Positions 28,463 to 37,032 of a DNA stretch of 64,000 nt are shown one piece after another (the first letter of the stretch is position 1; each line of letters starts with the position of its first letter). The stretch is from Alphaproteobacteria bacterium. GTDB lineage: Bacteria > Pseudomonadota > Alphaproteobacteria > UBA828. The translations under genes and the position numbers were made by a program. The DNA is taken from NCBI GenBank assembly GCA_965216915.1, contig CBDCGS010000011.1, positions 269,925 through 333,924 on the forward strand, read 5' to 3'. The notes under the pieces were generated by a model, which saw only the letters and a program-made list of their open reading frames with translations, did no database searches and was not told where the DNA came from.

Positions 28463-30132
28463 AGCGTCGCCCCCCGGAAGGTCTCGTCGCCCTTGAAGTC
28501 GACCCGCCTCAGCGCGTCGTGCGGACAGGCGCGCACACAGGCCGGCCCACCCGGATTGCCGGCGCAAAGATCGCACTTCGTCGCCTTCATGATCGGCTTC
28601 TGGCTGTCCGGATCGCGCAGCAGCTGCCCTTGCATGTCGCGAATCTCGACCAGACGGATGTTGTTGTAGGGGCAGGAGTTCGCGCAGGTTCCGCAGCCGA
28701 TGCAGGTGTCGTCATTGACCACCACCGCGCCCGTTGACAGCGAACGGTGAATGGCGCCCGTGGGGCAGCCGATCATGCACACCGGGTCGGCGCAATGCAT
28801 GCAGGCATTAGCCACCATCCAATGGTCGAACGTGCGCCCGTGGCGCGCGAAGCGCGGGTTGCCGCCATGGGTCGAGGCGCACGCACGCACGCAATCATCG
28901 CAGCGCACACAGCGATTGATGTCGATCAACATCGCCATTGTGCCGTTGATGAAGCGCTGCTCGACCGACCATTCCATCGGCGCATCCGCCGAGACGGCGC
29001 GCGTCGCCAGATCCGTAAGCGGCGTTGGGGCCTGACGCAAATTGGGGAACACATACTTCTCGAGGATCGGCGCCGGCACGCGCAGCAGGTCGACATAGCC
29101 GAGCGCCGTGAGCGTGGTCTGCAAGGAGACATCGGTGCCGTCGCGGCCCGCCCACAGCTCGTCGAAGCCGAACACGTCGCCGGCGCCGAGATAAGTCAGC
29201 GTGCGCTGGCCCTTGCCCATACTGATCGACACCCGTGCGAAACCCGCGCGAATCATCAAGAGGCCGTCCGGATACTCGCCCTGCTTGGCGATCACCGGCT
29301 CCTTGTCGGCCTTGCCCTGGTCGCGCATGCGCTTGTAGCTGACGTGCCAGTCGAAAGCGCCGTGGGTCTCGAACAGCGTGGCGTCACTCACCTCCTGGAT
29401 TTGCTCGTCGGTGAGACGCGCGAACAACGGCGACTCGCGAAGGTGCACCTTGAGAGCATTCTCGCGGTAGCGCTCGTCGATGGTGCGCCGCCAGCCGGGA
29501 TCGTATTTGCGCAACTCGCGCAGACCCTGCCAGCGGATCTCGAGCAGCTCCGCTTCTTCCTCCGCGAAGATCGTTGCGGTGCGCGGCACGCGCCCGAGCG
29601 CCGCGAGCTCCCCAAACAGGGTGCCGGCGCCAAGCTCGGCGGTGTTGTGCTTGTCGACCACCGCCGGCACGTCCTGGAGGAACACGCGGGTCGACCCGAG
29701 ATCGGCATCGCCCGACTCCCGGCGCACCGCCTGGCCGCCATAGCGGTGCGTGTCACGCACCTCGGGCACGATGCGGTTGGTCCAGAGCTGTGCCAATGCC
29801 TCCACGAAGGTCTTCTTGCGGGTGACCTGGCGGCCGATCAGGTTGCGCGGCAAGCCGGGTGCGAGCACCACGCGCAGCTTGCCCGAGATCACCAAGAACG
29901 CCGAATTGCCGTAGTCACCTTCGCGAACGACGAGGTCGCCCGGCCGATAGCTGACGAGCCGAGTGTCATTCCGGATGATGCCCTGGAGCGGGGTGTGCTT
30001 GGGGAAGCTATCGGCGTCGATCGCCGCGAACTCGGACAGGTCCATGAGCCGCTCTGCGTCGGCATCTGACATATCCGGCCCGAACGGCGCGTCCCAACGT
30101 TGCGGGCGCGCCATCATGGCGACGTTTGCCAA
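28459..30132 (-). CDS. Tandem cyclic-nucleotide-binding domains fused to a 4x[4Fe-4S] (DmsB/NrfC-type) ferredoxin
   Basis: VVREGDYGNSAFLVISG...FGELAALGRVPRTAT; second domain KQGEYPDGLLMIRAG...GDVFG; 16 Cys in CVRCDDCVRAC, CMHCADPVCMIGC, CIGCGTCANSC, CDLC...CVRAC. Confidence 0.92.
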   Translation of the reverse strand: MANVAMMARPQRWDAPFGPDMSDADAERLMDLSEFAAIDADSFPKHTPLQGIIRNDTRLVSYRPGDLVVREGDYGNSAFLVISGKLRVVLAPGLPRNLIGRQVTRKKTFVEALAQLWTNRIVPEVRDTHRYGGQAVRRESGDADLGSTRVFLQDVPAVVDKHNTAELGAGTLFGELAALGRVPRTATIFAEEEAELLEIRWQGLRELRKYDPGWRRTIDERYRENALKVHLRESPLFARLTDEQIQEVSDATLFETHGAFDWHVSYKRMRDQGKADKEPVIAKQGEYPDGLLMIRAGFARVSISMGKGQRTLTYLGAGDVFGFDELWAGRDGTDVSLQTTLTALGYVDLLRVPAPILEKYVFPNLRQAPTPLTDLATRAVSADAPMEWSVEQRFINGTMAMLIDINRCVRCDDCVRACASTHGGNPRFARHGRTFDHWMVANACMHCADPVCMIGCPTGAIHRSLSTGAVVVNDDTCIGCGTCANSCPYNNIRLVEIRDMQGQLLRDPDSQKPIMKATKCDLCAGNPGGPACVRACPHDALRRVDFKGDETFRGATL

Positions 30133-30338
30133 CTCCTGTCCCCCCTGTCTCAGGCCTTCGCGACGTCAGGAGACGACCGCCTCGGCCGGGCGCCGTCTCC
30201 CCCCTTTTCGCGTCGCGTTAGCTTCCCTTTGAACGCAATAGAGTCGGGTGTTTCGGTCTCTCGGGTCCTTCAAACATACCGGCGAGCGGGGGTGAAGCCT
30301 CGCACGGCCGCTCGGCATCCCCCGCCGCGCTCACAAAC

Positions 30339-31277
30339 CTACTTGTAGCTATCCTTGCTAGGCAACTTGCCGCCGACCTCTCCGCTGAGGTCTTTGCCCT
30401 TGATCGCTTCGACCATTGCCCGCGCGGCTTCAGCCGTCGGGTTGGCAAGCAAATCAGCCGCCGCGCTGACACTGCTCAAGGCGTCCCGAGCCGCGGCCGC
30501 GCGTGCTTCCTGGAACTCCTTGTACTTGGCCGATACGTCATTTGCCGCAGCCTGGGTCGCGGACACGAGCTTCGCCGCCTGGCCGACGACGAACATGTTG
30601 GCAGCCTCCTGCGGCGTCATCTCCGCATTCACGGTCATGTTGGGCGGATAGAACCGATGGCGCACCGAGCCCTGGCTGTAGCGCACCAGCTCCCAATCGG
30701 GAACGGTGGGATGGCCGGCCTCGAGCATCTTGGCCAAGGTGTCGGCCGGGACGTTGGGGTTGGCGAGACCGTGGCACTCCTGGCAATTCTCGGCGACGCC
30801 ATAGGTGTCGCTCGGCCAACGCATGCCGGCCGCTGCGGCGTCCGCGATGCGCTTGGCCTTGTGCTCGGCTGATTCATCCTCGCGCTTGACGCTCGGTCCG
30901 CCATAGTCGTTGTGGATCTTTAACCAGTCGGACGATGCGCCGTGGCAGCTTTCACATGACGGGCCAGCCTTCGGGCTCGCCTTGCCGCCGGGCTTCTTGG
31001 CAATCATCGTGTAGTGGCACTGCGTGCACACCTCACTCTTCTTCATGCTTTTCTCGCCGATGGCCTTCAGAATGCCCTTGGCCTTGTCGGACTTGTGCAC
31101 CGTCTTGAGTGATTTGGCGTGCGCCGTGGCTTCCCAGATCTCGTGCTCCGCGCGATGACACTCGGCGCAAACCTTGGGCCCCTGATTGTAGGCCTCGGCT
31201 TTCGCACCGATTGTCGGCGCAATCATGAAGGCCGCGAACAGCATCGCCGCCGCCACCCCAAATGCCGCAAATCGCAT
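30339..31277 (-). CDS. Periplasmic tetraheme c-type cytochrome (c554-like)
   Basis: Signal peptide (AKA-EA); CAECH, CTQCH, CESCHG, CQECH. Confidence 0.9.
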   Translation of the reverse strand: MRFAAFGVAAAMLFAAFMIAPTIGAKAEAYNQGPKVCAECHRAEHEIWEATAHAKSLKTVHKSDKAKGILKAIGEKSMKKSEVCTQCHYTMIAKKPGGKASPKAGPSCESCHGASSDWLKIHNDYGGPSVKREDESAEHKAKRIADAAAAGMRWPSDTYGVAENCQECHGLANPNVPADTLAKMLEAGHPTVPDWELVRYSQGSVRHRFYPPNMTVNAEMTPQEAANMFVVGQAAKLVSATQAAANDVSAKYKEFQEARAAAARDALSSVSAAADLLANPTAEAARAMVEAIKGKDLSGEVGGKLPSKDSYK

Positions 31278-31350
31278 GTGTGAATCCCCCGCAGACTAGT
31301 GAATGCCTCCTGCTGTCATGATGCGTGATTTGCCCGAGTCAGACAACCCC

Positions 31351-31366
31351 CGTGATGGAACTCAAA
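31351..31366. promoter_or_regulatory. Candidate CRP/FNR-family binding site
   Basis: CGTGA-TGGAAC-TCAAA matches 8/10 of TGTGA-N6-TCACA and also 8/10 of TTGAT-N4-ATCAA; about 75 bp upstream of the tetraheme cytochrome gene. Confidence 0.35.
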
Positions 31367-31436
31367 GCGCCGAGTCCGTTTTGGTTCAAACGATTACCAA
31401 ACACAACCAACCCCCGGTGCCCCCCGCGGCACGGGC

Positions 31437-32261
31437 TCACGCGAGGCGGATGCGCATGTTCTCGCGCGCGACGAAGGCGCCGCGCCAGGTCCGCCGGGCT
31501 TCTGCTTCGACGCGCTCCATGAAGCGGTCCTCGTGGTCCGGATCGTGGTGGAAGATCGCGAGCGAGCGCACGTTGGCGGCGCGCGCCAACCTGACGCCCT
31601 CCTGCCATGTCGAATGACCCCAGCCGACCTTGCTGGGGAACTCGTCGTCGGTGTACGTCGAATCGTAGATCATCAGGTCGGTGCCCTCGACGAGCCCGAG
31701 AATGTTCTCGTCCGGTTGATCGGGGATATGCTCGGTGTCCGTCACGTAGCAGACCGATTTGCCGGCATAGTCCAGGCGATAGCCGGTCGCGCCATTGGGG
31801 TGGTTGAGCGGCGCGGTTCGCACCTTGATGCCACCAGTGAGCTCGAACGCGTCGCCCGCCTCGAAATCCTCGAAGCGGAGCGTCGCCTTCATCGCCTCGA
31901 GCGGCACCGGGAACATCGGGTTCTGCATCTGCCCCGACAGCACCTGCTTCAGCCCGCCCCGCGTGTTCAGATGGCCCGCCATCAGGACGAACTCGTGGTC
32001 CGGCCGAAAGGCCGGCGCGAAGAACGGGAAGCCCGTGATGTGATCCCAGTGCGTGTGGGAGAACAGGAGCGTCGACCGACTGATCCCCTTGCGGAAATTC
32101 CAGTGGCCGAGATTGCGCACACCGGTGCCAGCGTCGAGGATCAGCTGGGTGCCACCGGCGTTGACCTCGACGCAGCTCGTGTTGCCGCCGAACACGATGT
32201 GGCTCGGTGACGGACAGGCAATGCTTCCACGCACGCCCCAGAACTTAACCTTCAGACCCAT
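31437..32261 (-). CDS. MBL-fold metallo-hydrolase (RNase Z / phosphodiesterase-like)
   Basis: KFWGVRGS..GGNTSCVEV, DAGTG, SHTHWDH, NHP, TDTEH, WGHS, FHHDP. Confidence 0.9.
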   Translation of the reverse strand: MGLKVKFWGVRGSIACPSPSHIVFGGNTSCVEVNAGGTQLILDAGTGVRNLGHWNFRKGISRSTLLFSHTHWDHITGFPFFAPAFRPDHEFVLMAGHLNTRGGLKQVLSGQMQNPMFPVPLEAMKATLRFEDFEAGDAFELTGGIKVRTAPLNHPNGATGYRLDYAGKSVCYVTDTEHIPDQPDENILGLVEGTDLMIYDSTYTDDEFPSKVGWGHSTWQEGVRLARAANVRSLAIFHHDPDHEDRFMERVEAEARRTWRGAFVARENMRIRLA

Positions 32262-32511
32262 CGCGCGCCTCCGGGCGACGCTGACCCCCACGGTCTTTCT
32301 GAACGTGCCGACCCATGCAGACGAGCCCTTGTCGCGACCAAGGCCCCGTGTGGCCCGTACGCGTCGGCACGCCCGTTCTCAGCGCATTTCACCCGCCGGC
32401 AGTCCGGCCCGCTGTGACCGCCGTCACACGCATGCGCGGCTCTTGTTCTTGAGCGGCAGTCCCCATGAGCACGTCGGTGCCAGGCCCCGGCACCCCACGG
32501 CACGACGCGTG

Positions 32512-34179
32512 CTAGATCGGATACTCGATCTGCCCGAGCCGTGCCGAGAGCTTCATGTTCTCGGCGTAGTCGATCGGCACGCCGATCACCGCCGGGCCCT
32601 CTTGCTTGAACGCTTCCTCGAGCGCGGCGGGCAGCTCGCCCGCGCTTTCGATCGTGCGGCCCCAAGCGCCGTACGACTTGGCCCACATCTCGAGATCGGG
32701 GTTGGTGAAGCGTAGATCGCTGTGGCGGCCGTCGAACGAGTTCTGCTGCTTCCACTTGATCAGGCCGTATTCGCCATCCATCCACACCATGGCGACGACG
32801 TTGATCTTGCGGCGCACCGCAACCTCGATGTCCTGCGCGTTCATGAAGAAGCCGGCATCACCGTTGATCGAGAGCACCTTGCGATCGGGCAAGGCGATCT
32901 TGGCGCCGATCGACCCCGGGAACGCGAATCCCATCGTGCAGAAGCCGTTTGAGATTAAGCAGGTGTTCGGCTCGTCGCACTGGTAGTAGCGCGCGATCCA
33001 CATTTTGTGGGCACCGACGTCCGACAGCAGGATGTCTTTGGCCCCGAGGAACTCGCGCACGTCGTAAAGCACCTTCTGCGGGCGCATCGGGAAGTGGTCG
33101 CTGTCCTTCTCCGCCTCGAGGTCGTTCTTGATGGTGGTGCGGAGCTCTTGCCGGTCGTCGATGTTGAACAGGGGCAGGCCCTTGCCGCCCTTCTTCGCGC
33201 GTCGCTCGATCTCCTCGTTCACCTGCCAGAGGGCGTCGGCGATGTCGCCCGCGATGTCGACGGTGGTCGTGTAGTCGTCGTCGATCTCCGCCGGCCAGAA
33301 GTCGATATGGACGATGTTCTTGTTGGCGCCCTGGTTCCAGAAGCTCGGCGAATACTCGACCAGGTCGTAGCCGATCGAGATGATCGTGTCGGCGGCGCGG
33401 AGCGCCGCGATGATGTGGTCCTTGCCCTGCAGGCCGACCGTGAACAAGCAATGCTTGTCGGAACGCGGGATCGCGCCCTTGCCCATGAACGTGTTGACCA
33501 CGCCGATGCCGGTCTGCTCGGCAAAGCGCTTGAGCTGGGCCGAGGCGCGCTTGCGGATCGCGCCGTTGCCGGCGATGACCAGCGGGTTCTTCGACGCCAC
33601 GATGAGGTCGACCGCCTGCGCGACCGCCTTGTGGTCGGCACCCGGCCGGCGCGTCTTCACCGGCTTGATCGGGTCGCCTTTGGCCTGGGCGTGCGCGAGG
33701 TCCTCCGGCAGCTCGACCAGCACGGCACCCGGCTTCTCGGTCTCGGCCACCTTGAAGGCCTTGCGCACAACCTCCGGAATGTTGTCCGGGTGGTGGATGG
33801 TCTGCGCCCATTTCGTGATCGGGCGGAACATGGACACCGAGTCCATGTTCTGGTGGCTCTCCTTGTGGAGACGCTCGGTGTCGGCCTGGCCGATGATGCA
33901 GACGAGCGGCGCCCGATCCATGTTGGCGTCGGCGACCCCCGTCACCAAGTTGGTCGCGCCCGGGCCGAGCGTGCCGAGGCAAATCCCCGAGATCCCGGTG
34001 AGCCGGCCGTAGACATCGGCCATGAAGGCCGCAGCCTGCTCGTGACGGCAAAGGACGAAGTCGATATCGCTGTCGATCAGCGAGATCATGACGTCCGCAT
34101 TCTCCTCTCCGGGAATGCCGAAGATGTGCGTGACGCCCTCTTCCTCGAGGCACTTCACGAAAAGATCCGACGCTTTCAT
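32512..34179 (-). CDS. ThDP-dependent enzyme (acetolactate synthase large-subunit-like; possible 2-oxoacid decarboxylase)
   Basis: FGIPGEEN, RHEQAAAFMA, TLGPGATN, DVGAHKMWIAR, GDAGF ThDP motif; no regulatory small subunit adjacent. Confidence 0.9.
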   Translation of the reverse strand: MKASDLFVKCLEEEGVTHIFGIPGEENADVMISLIDSDIDFVLCRHEQAAAFMADVYGRLTGISGICLGTLGPGATNLVTGVADANMDRAPLVCIIGQADTERLHKESHQNMDSVSMFRPITKWAQTIHHPDNIPEVVRKAFKVAETEKPGAVLVELPEDLAHAQAKGDPIKPVKTRRPGADHKAVAQAVDLIVASKNPLVIAGNGAIRKRASAQLKRFAEQTGIGVVNTFMGKGAIPRSDKHCLFTVGLQGKDHIIAALRAADTIISIGYDLVEYSPSFWNQGANKNIVHIDFWPAEIDDDYTTTVDIAGDIADALWQVNEEIERRAKKGGKGLPLFNIDDRQELRTTIKNDLEAEKDSDHFPMRPQKVLYDVREFLGAKDILLSDVGAHKMWIARYYQCDEPNTCLISNGFCTMGFAFPGSIGAKIALPDRKVLSINGDAGFFMNAQDIEVAVRRKINVVAMVWMDGEYGLIKWKQQNSFDGRHSDLRFTNPDLEMWAKSYGAWGRTIESAGELPAALEEAFKQEGPAVIGVPIDYAENMKLSARLGQIEYPI

Positions 34180-34334
34180 CACTCTTGACTCCCCCCGAAG
34201 CGATAGTGGAACGCGGTCGAGTATCGTGACGGGACTTGGGCCCGTCAACCGGTACCAGGCTATCCGGCCGGAGGCTGAGGCTTCGTTAACCTCATCGATC
34301 GAGACTCTCACCGCCCAACAGTCACGCCAGGCCG

Positions 34335-36044
34335 ATGCCGACCGCCGACCGAATCGAGCCGACCGATGCCGACGCGCTCTACCGGGCGGCGCTCGCCGCG
34401 CATGAGAGGGGCGCGCTTCGCGACGCTGTGTCCGGCTATCGCGCCGTGCTCGCGGTAGCACCCGGTCACGCGTCCGCGCTCGGCAATCTGGGCACCGCCT
34501 TGCAGACCCTAGGAGACCATGACGGCGCCATCGCGAGCCACCGTCGTGCGCTCGATGCCGGCGCGCCGCCCGCCCCCGTCTATGCCAATCTCGGCATGGC
34601 GCTCCGCGCGGCCGGACGCCTCGACGAAGCCCGCGACGCCTTGGAACGTGCCGTCGCGCTCGACCCGAAGGCGGCAAACGCGCATCTCAACCTGGGGAAC
34701 GTTCTGCGCGCGGCAGGAGACCCTGAAGCCGCGCTCGGTTGCTATCGAGCGGCGCAGGTGCTGGCTCCCGCCGATCCCGCGGCGTTCTCGAACGCGGCGC
34801 TCGCCCTTAAGGACCTGGATCGCCACGGCGACGCCGTCGACGCGCTGCGCACCGCTCTTGAACGCGCGCCGGCGTCGGCGGAGCTTCACTACAATCTCGC
34901 CAATACGCTTCACGAGATGGGGCTGGTCGAGGCCGCTGAAGCGGCCTTCCATCAAGCGCTCGGATGCGATCCAAACCACCTGAATGCCCGGGCCAATCTC
35001 GGCGTGCTGCACCGTGAGATCGGCGACATCGAGGGTGCGCTCGCGGCCTTCGACTCGGTCCTCGCGCGCGATCCGCACCACGCGAACGCCCACTGGAACC
35101 GGGCGCTCGCGCTGCTTCTTGCCGGCGATTTCGCGCCTGGCTGGGCCGCCTATGAGTGGCGCTGGCAAGCCACACCGCTGCGCCCGCGGGCCCTGCCCAT
35201 GCCGCGCTGGGCGGGCGAAGACCTGCGGGGCCGACGCATTCTGCTGTGGGCCGAGCAAGGCTATGGCGACACCGTGCAGTTCGTGCGCTTCGCGGCGAAC
35301 CTCGGGGCGCTCGGCGCGCGCGTGGTGGCGCAGGTGCAGGCGCCGCTCGTCCGCCTCCTCGAGCCAATGGATCCGCTCGAGGCCGTGCTCGACGAGCGTG
35401 CGCCCCCGCCCGCCTGCGATTACCATGCGCCGCTCATGAGCCTGCCGGGCCTGCTCGGTCTCGCGGCACCGCCGCCGGGTGAGCCCTACCTCCCGGCTCC
35501 GGCCGCCGCGCCGGCCCTTGCCGAGGCCATCGCGGCCGCGCGCGGCCGCCGAATCGGCGTGGTGTGGGCCGGCAATCCGTCCCACGAGAACGACGCCAAG
35601 CGTTCCTGCGCGGCGGTCCATTTCGCGCCGCTCGCCGCGCGCGCGAACACGCAGCTTTTCAGCCTCCAGCTCAACGCGCAGGAAGCGCTGCGCGATATCC
35701 CTGGCGCAATCGACCTGGCGCCCTATCTCAGCGACTTCGCGGACACTGCATCCGCGATTGCCGCGCTCGATTTGGTGATCTCGGTCGACACCGCGGTCGC
35801 CCACATCGCCGGCGCGCTTGGCCGGCCCGTCTGGCTCCTCCTCCCCCACGCGCCGGACTGGCGATGGATGCTCGCGCGTGAGGACAGCCCGTGGTATCCC
35901 ACGATGCGTCTATTCCGGCAGCGAGAACCGGGTGATTGGCGGGGCGTCTTTGCGCGCGTCGAAGGCGCATTGGACGAGCGCCAAGCCACCGGACGAGGGG
36001 AGAATGATGGCGCAGGACGGATCCTACAAGGCGCTGGTGGTTGA
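34335..36044 (+). CDS. TPR-repeat protein with C-terminal glycosyltransferase-like domain
   Basis: About 7 TPRs (NLG repeats), YEWRW, EQGYGDTVQF, GVVWAGNP, DLVISVDTAVAHIAGALG, WYPTMRLFRQ. Confidence 0.9.
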   Translation: MPTADRIEPTDADALYRAALAAHERGALRDAVSGYRAVLAVAPGHASALGNLGTALQTLGDHDGAIASHRRALDAGAPPAPVYANLGMALRAAGRLDEARDALERAVALDPKAANAHLNLGNVLRAAGDPEAALGCYRAAQVLAPADPAAFSNAALALKDLDRHGDAVDALRTALERAPASAELHYNLANTLHEMGLVEAAEAAFHQALGCDPNHLNARANLGVLHREIGDIEGALAAFDSVLARDPHHANAHWNRALALLLAGDFAPGWAAYEWRWQATPLRPRALPMPRWAGEDLRGRRILLWAEQGYGDTVQFVRFAANLGALGARVVAQVQAPLVRLLEPMDPLEAVLDERAPPPACDYHAPLMSLPGLLGLAAPPPGEPYLPAPAAAPALAEAIAAARGRRIGVVWAGNPSHENDAKRSCAAVHFAPLAARANTQLFSLQLNAQEALRDIPGAIDLAPYLSDFADTASAIAALDLVISVDTAVAHIAGALGRPVWLLLPHAPDWRWMLAREDSPWYPTMRLFRQREPGDWRGVFARVEGALDERQATGRGENDGAGRILQGAGG

Positions 36045-37008
36045 CCAGCGCGACGGCGAGACGGTCGCCGAGGTCCGGTCGCTCACCGATGATGCGCTTC
36101 CCGACGGCGACGTCACCGTTCAGATCGACTACTCCACCGTCAACTACAAGGACGGCCTCGCCCTGACCGGCGCCGCGCCGATCATTCGGCAGTTTCCGAT
36201 GACCCCCGGGATCGACTTCGCCGGCGTGGTGACGGCGAGCGACGACGCGGCGTTCGAGGTCGGCGAGCGGGTCGTGCTGACCGGATGGGGCGTGGGTGAG
36301 CGCCACCCCGGCGGCCTGGCGCAAAAGGCGCGGGTGCGCGGCGATTGGCTCGAGAAGCTGCCGGACGGCCTCAGCACGAAAGATGCCATGACCATCGGCA
36401 CGGCGGGCTTCACCGCCATGCTCTGCGTGATCGCGCTCGAGAACGCGGGCGCCACGCCCGATCGCGGCCCCATCCTCGTCACCGGTGCCGCCGGCGGTGT
36501 CGGCAGCACGGCGGTCGCGCTCCTGGCCAAGCTCGGCTATTCGGTGACCGCGGTGACCGGCCGCGCCTCGGCGCACGACTACCTCAAGGGCCTCGGCGCC
36601 AGTGAGATCGTCGACCGCGATGCGTTGGGCTCAGCCCCCGATAAGCCGCTCCTGAAGGAACGCTGGGCCGGCGGAGTCGACACCGTGGGCGGCGACATGC
36701 TCGCGCACCTGCTTGCCGAGACAAAATATGGCTCGGCGGTCGCGGCGTGCGGGCTCGCCGGCGGCGCGGGCCTCAAAACCACCGTGCTTCCCTTCATTCT
36801 GCGCGGGGTCGCGCTGCTCGGCATCGATTCGGTGATGTGTCCGCGCGCGCCACGCCAGGCGGCGTGGCGCCGGCTCGCCGAAGACCTGCCGCGCGCCGCG
36901 ATGGAAGCCATGACCGAGGTCGTGCCGCTCGCCGATGTCCCCGCGCGCGGCGCCGAGATCATCAAGGGTCAGGTGCGAGGCCGCCTGGTCGTCGACGTCA
37001 ACGCGTAA
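36004..37008 (+). CDS. acuI: Acryloyl-CoA reductase AcuI/YhdH (MDR family)
   Basis: YSTVNYKDGLA, PGIDFAG, IGTAGFTAML, TGAAGGVGS, CGLAGG, PFILRGVALLGIDSV, GQVRGR. Confidence 0.9.
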   Translation: MMAQDGSYKALVVDQRDGETVAEVRSLTDDALPDGDVTVQIDYSTVNYKDGLALTGAAPIIRQFPMTPGIDFAGVVTASDDAAFEVGERVVLTGWGVGERHPGGLAQKARVRGDWLEKLPDGLSTKDAMTIGTAGFTAMLCVIALENAGATPDRGPILVTGAAGGVGSTAVALLAKLGYSVTAVTGRASAHDYLKGLGASEIVDRDALGSAPDKPLLKERWAGGVDTVGGDMLAHLLAETKYGSAVAACGLAGGAGLKTTVLPFILRGVALLGIDSVMCPRAPRQAAWRRLAEDLPRAAMEAMTEVVPLADVPARGAEIIKGQVRGRLVVDVNA

Positions 37009-37032
37009 CCCGTTTCCACCATGCGCGGTCGG

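Noticed and set aside
21019-31277. Calling the cytochrome cluster MtrCAB, Nrf, Hao, ACIII or a Mo-enzyme complex
   Set aside because: No CxxCK, no NrfD-size subunit, no molybdopterin catalytic subunit, and heme counts and gene order do not fit those systems. modABC 8 kb away is not evidence of a link.
32512-34179. Gene symbol ilvB/ilvI
   Set aside because: No small subunit or ilvC nearby, and the motifs fit a different ThDP subfamily, so the symbol is withheld.
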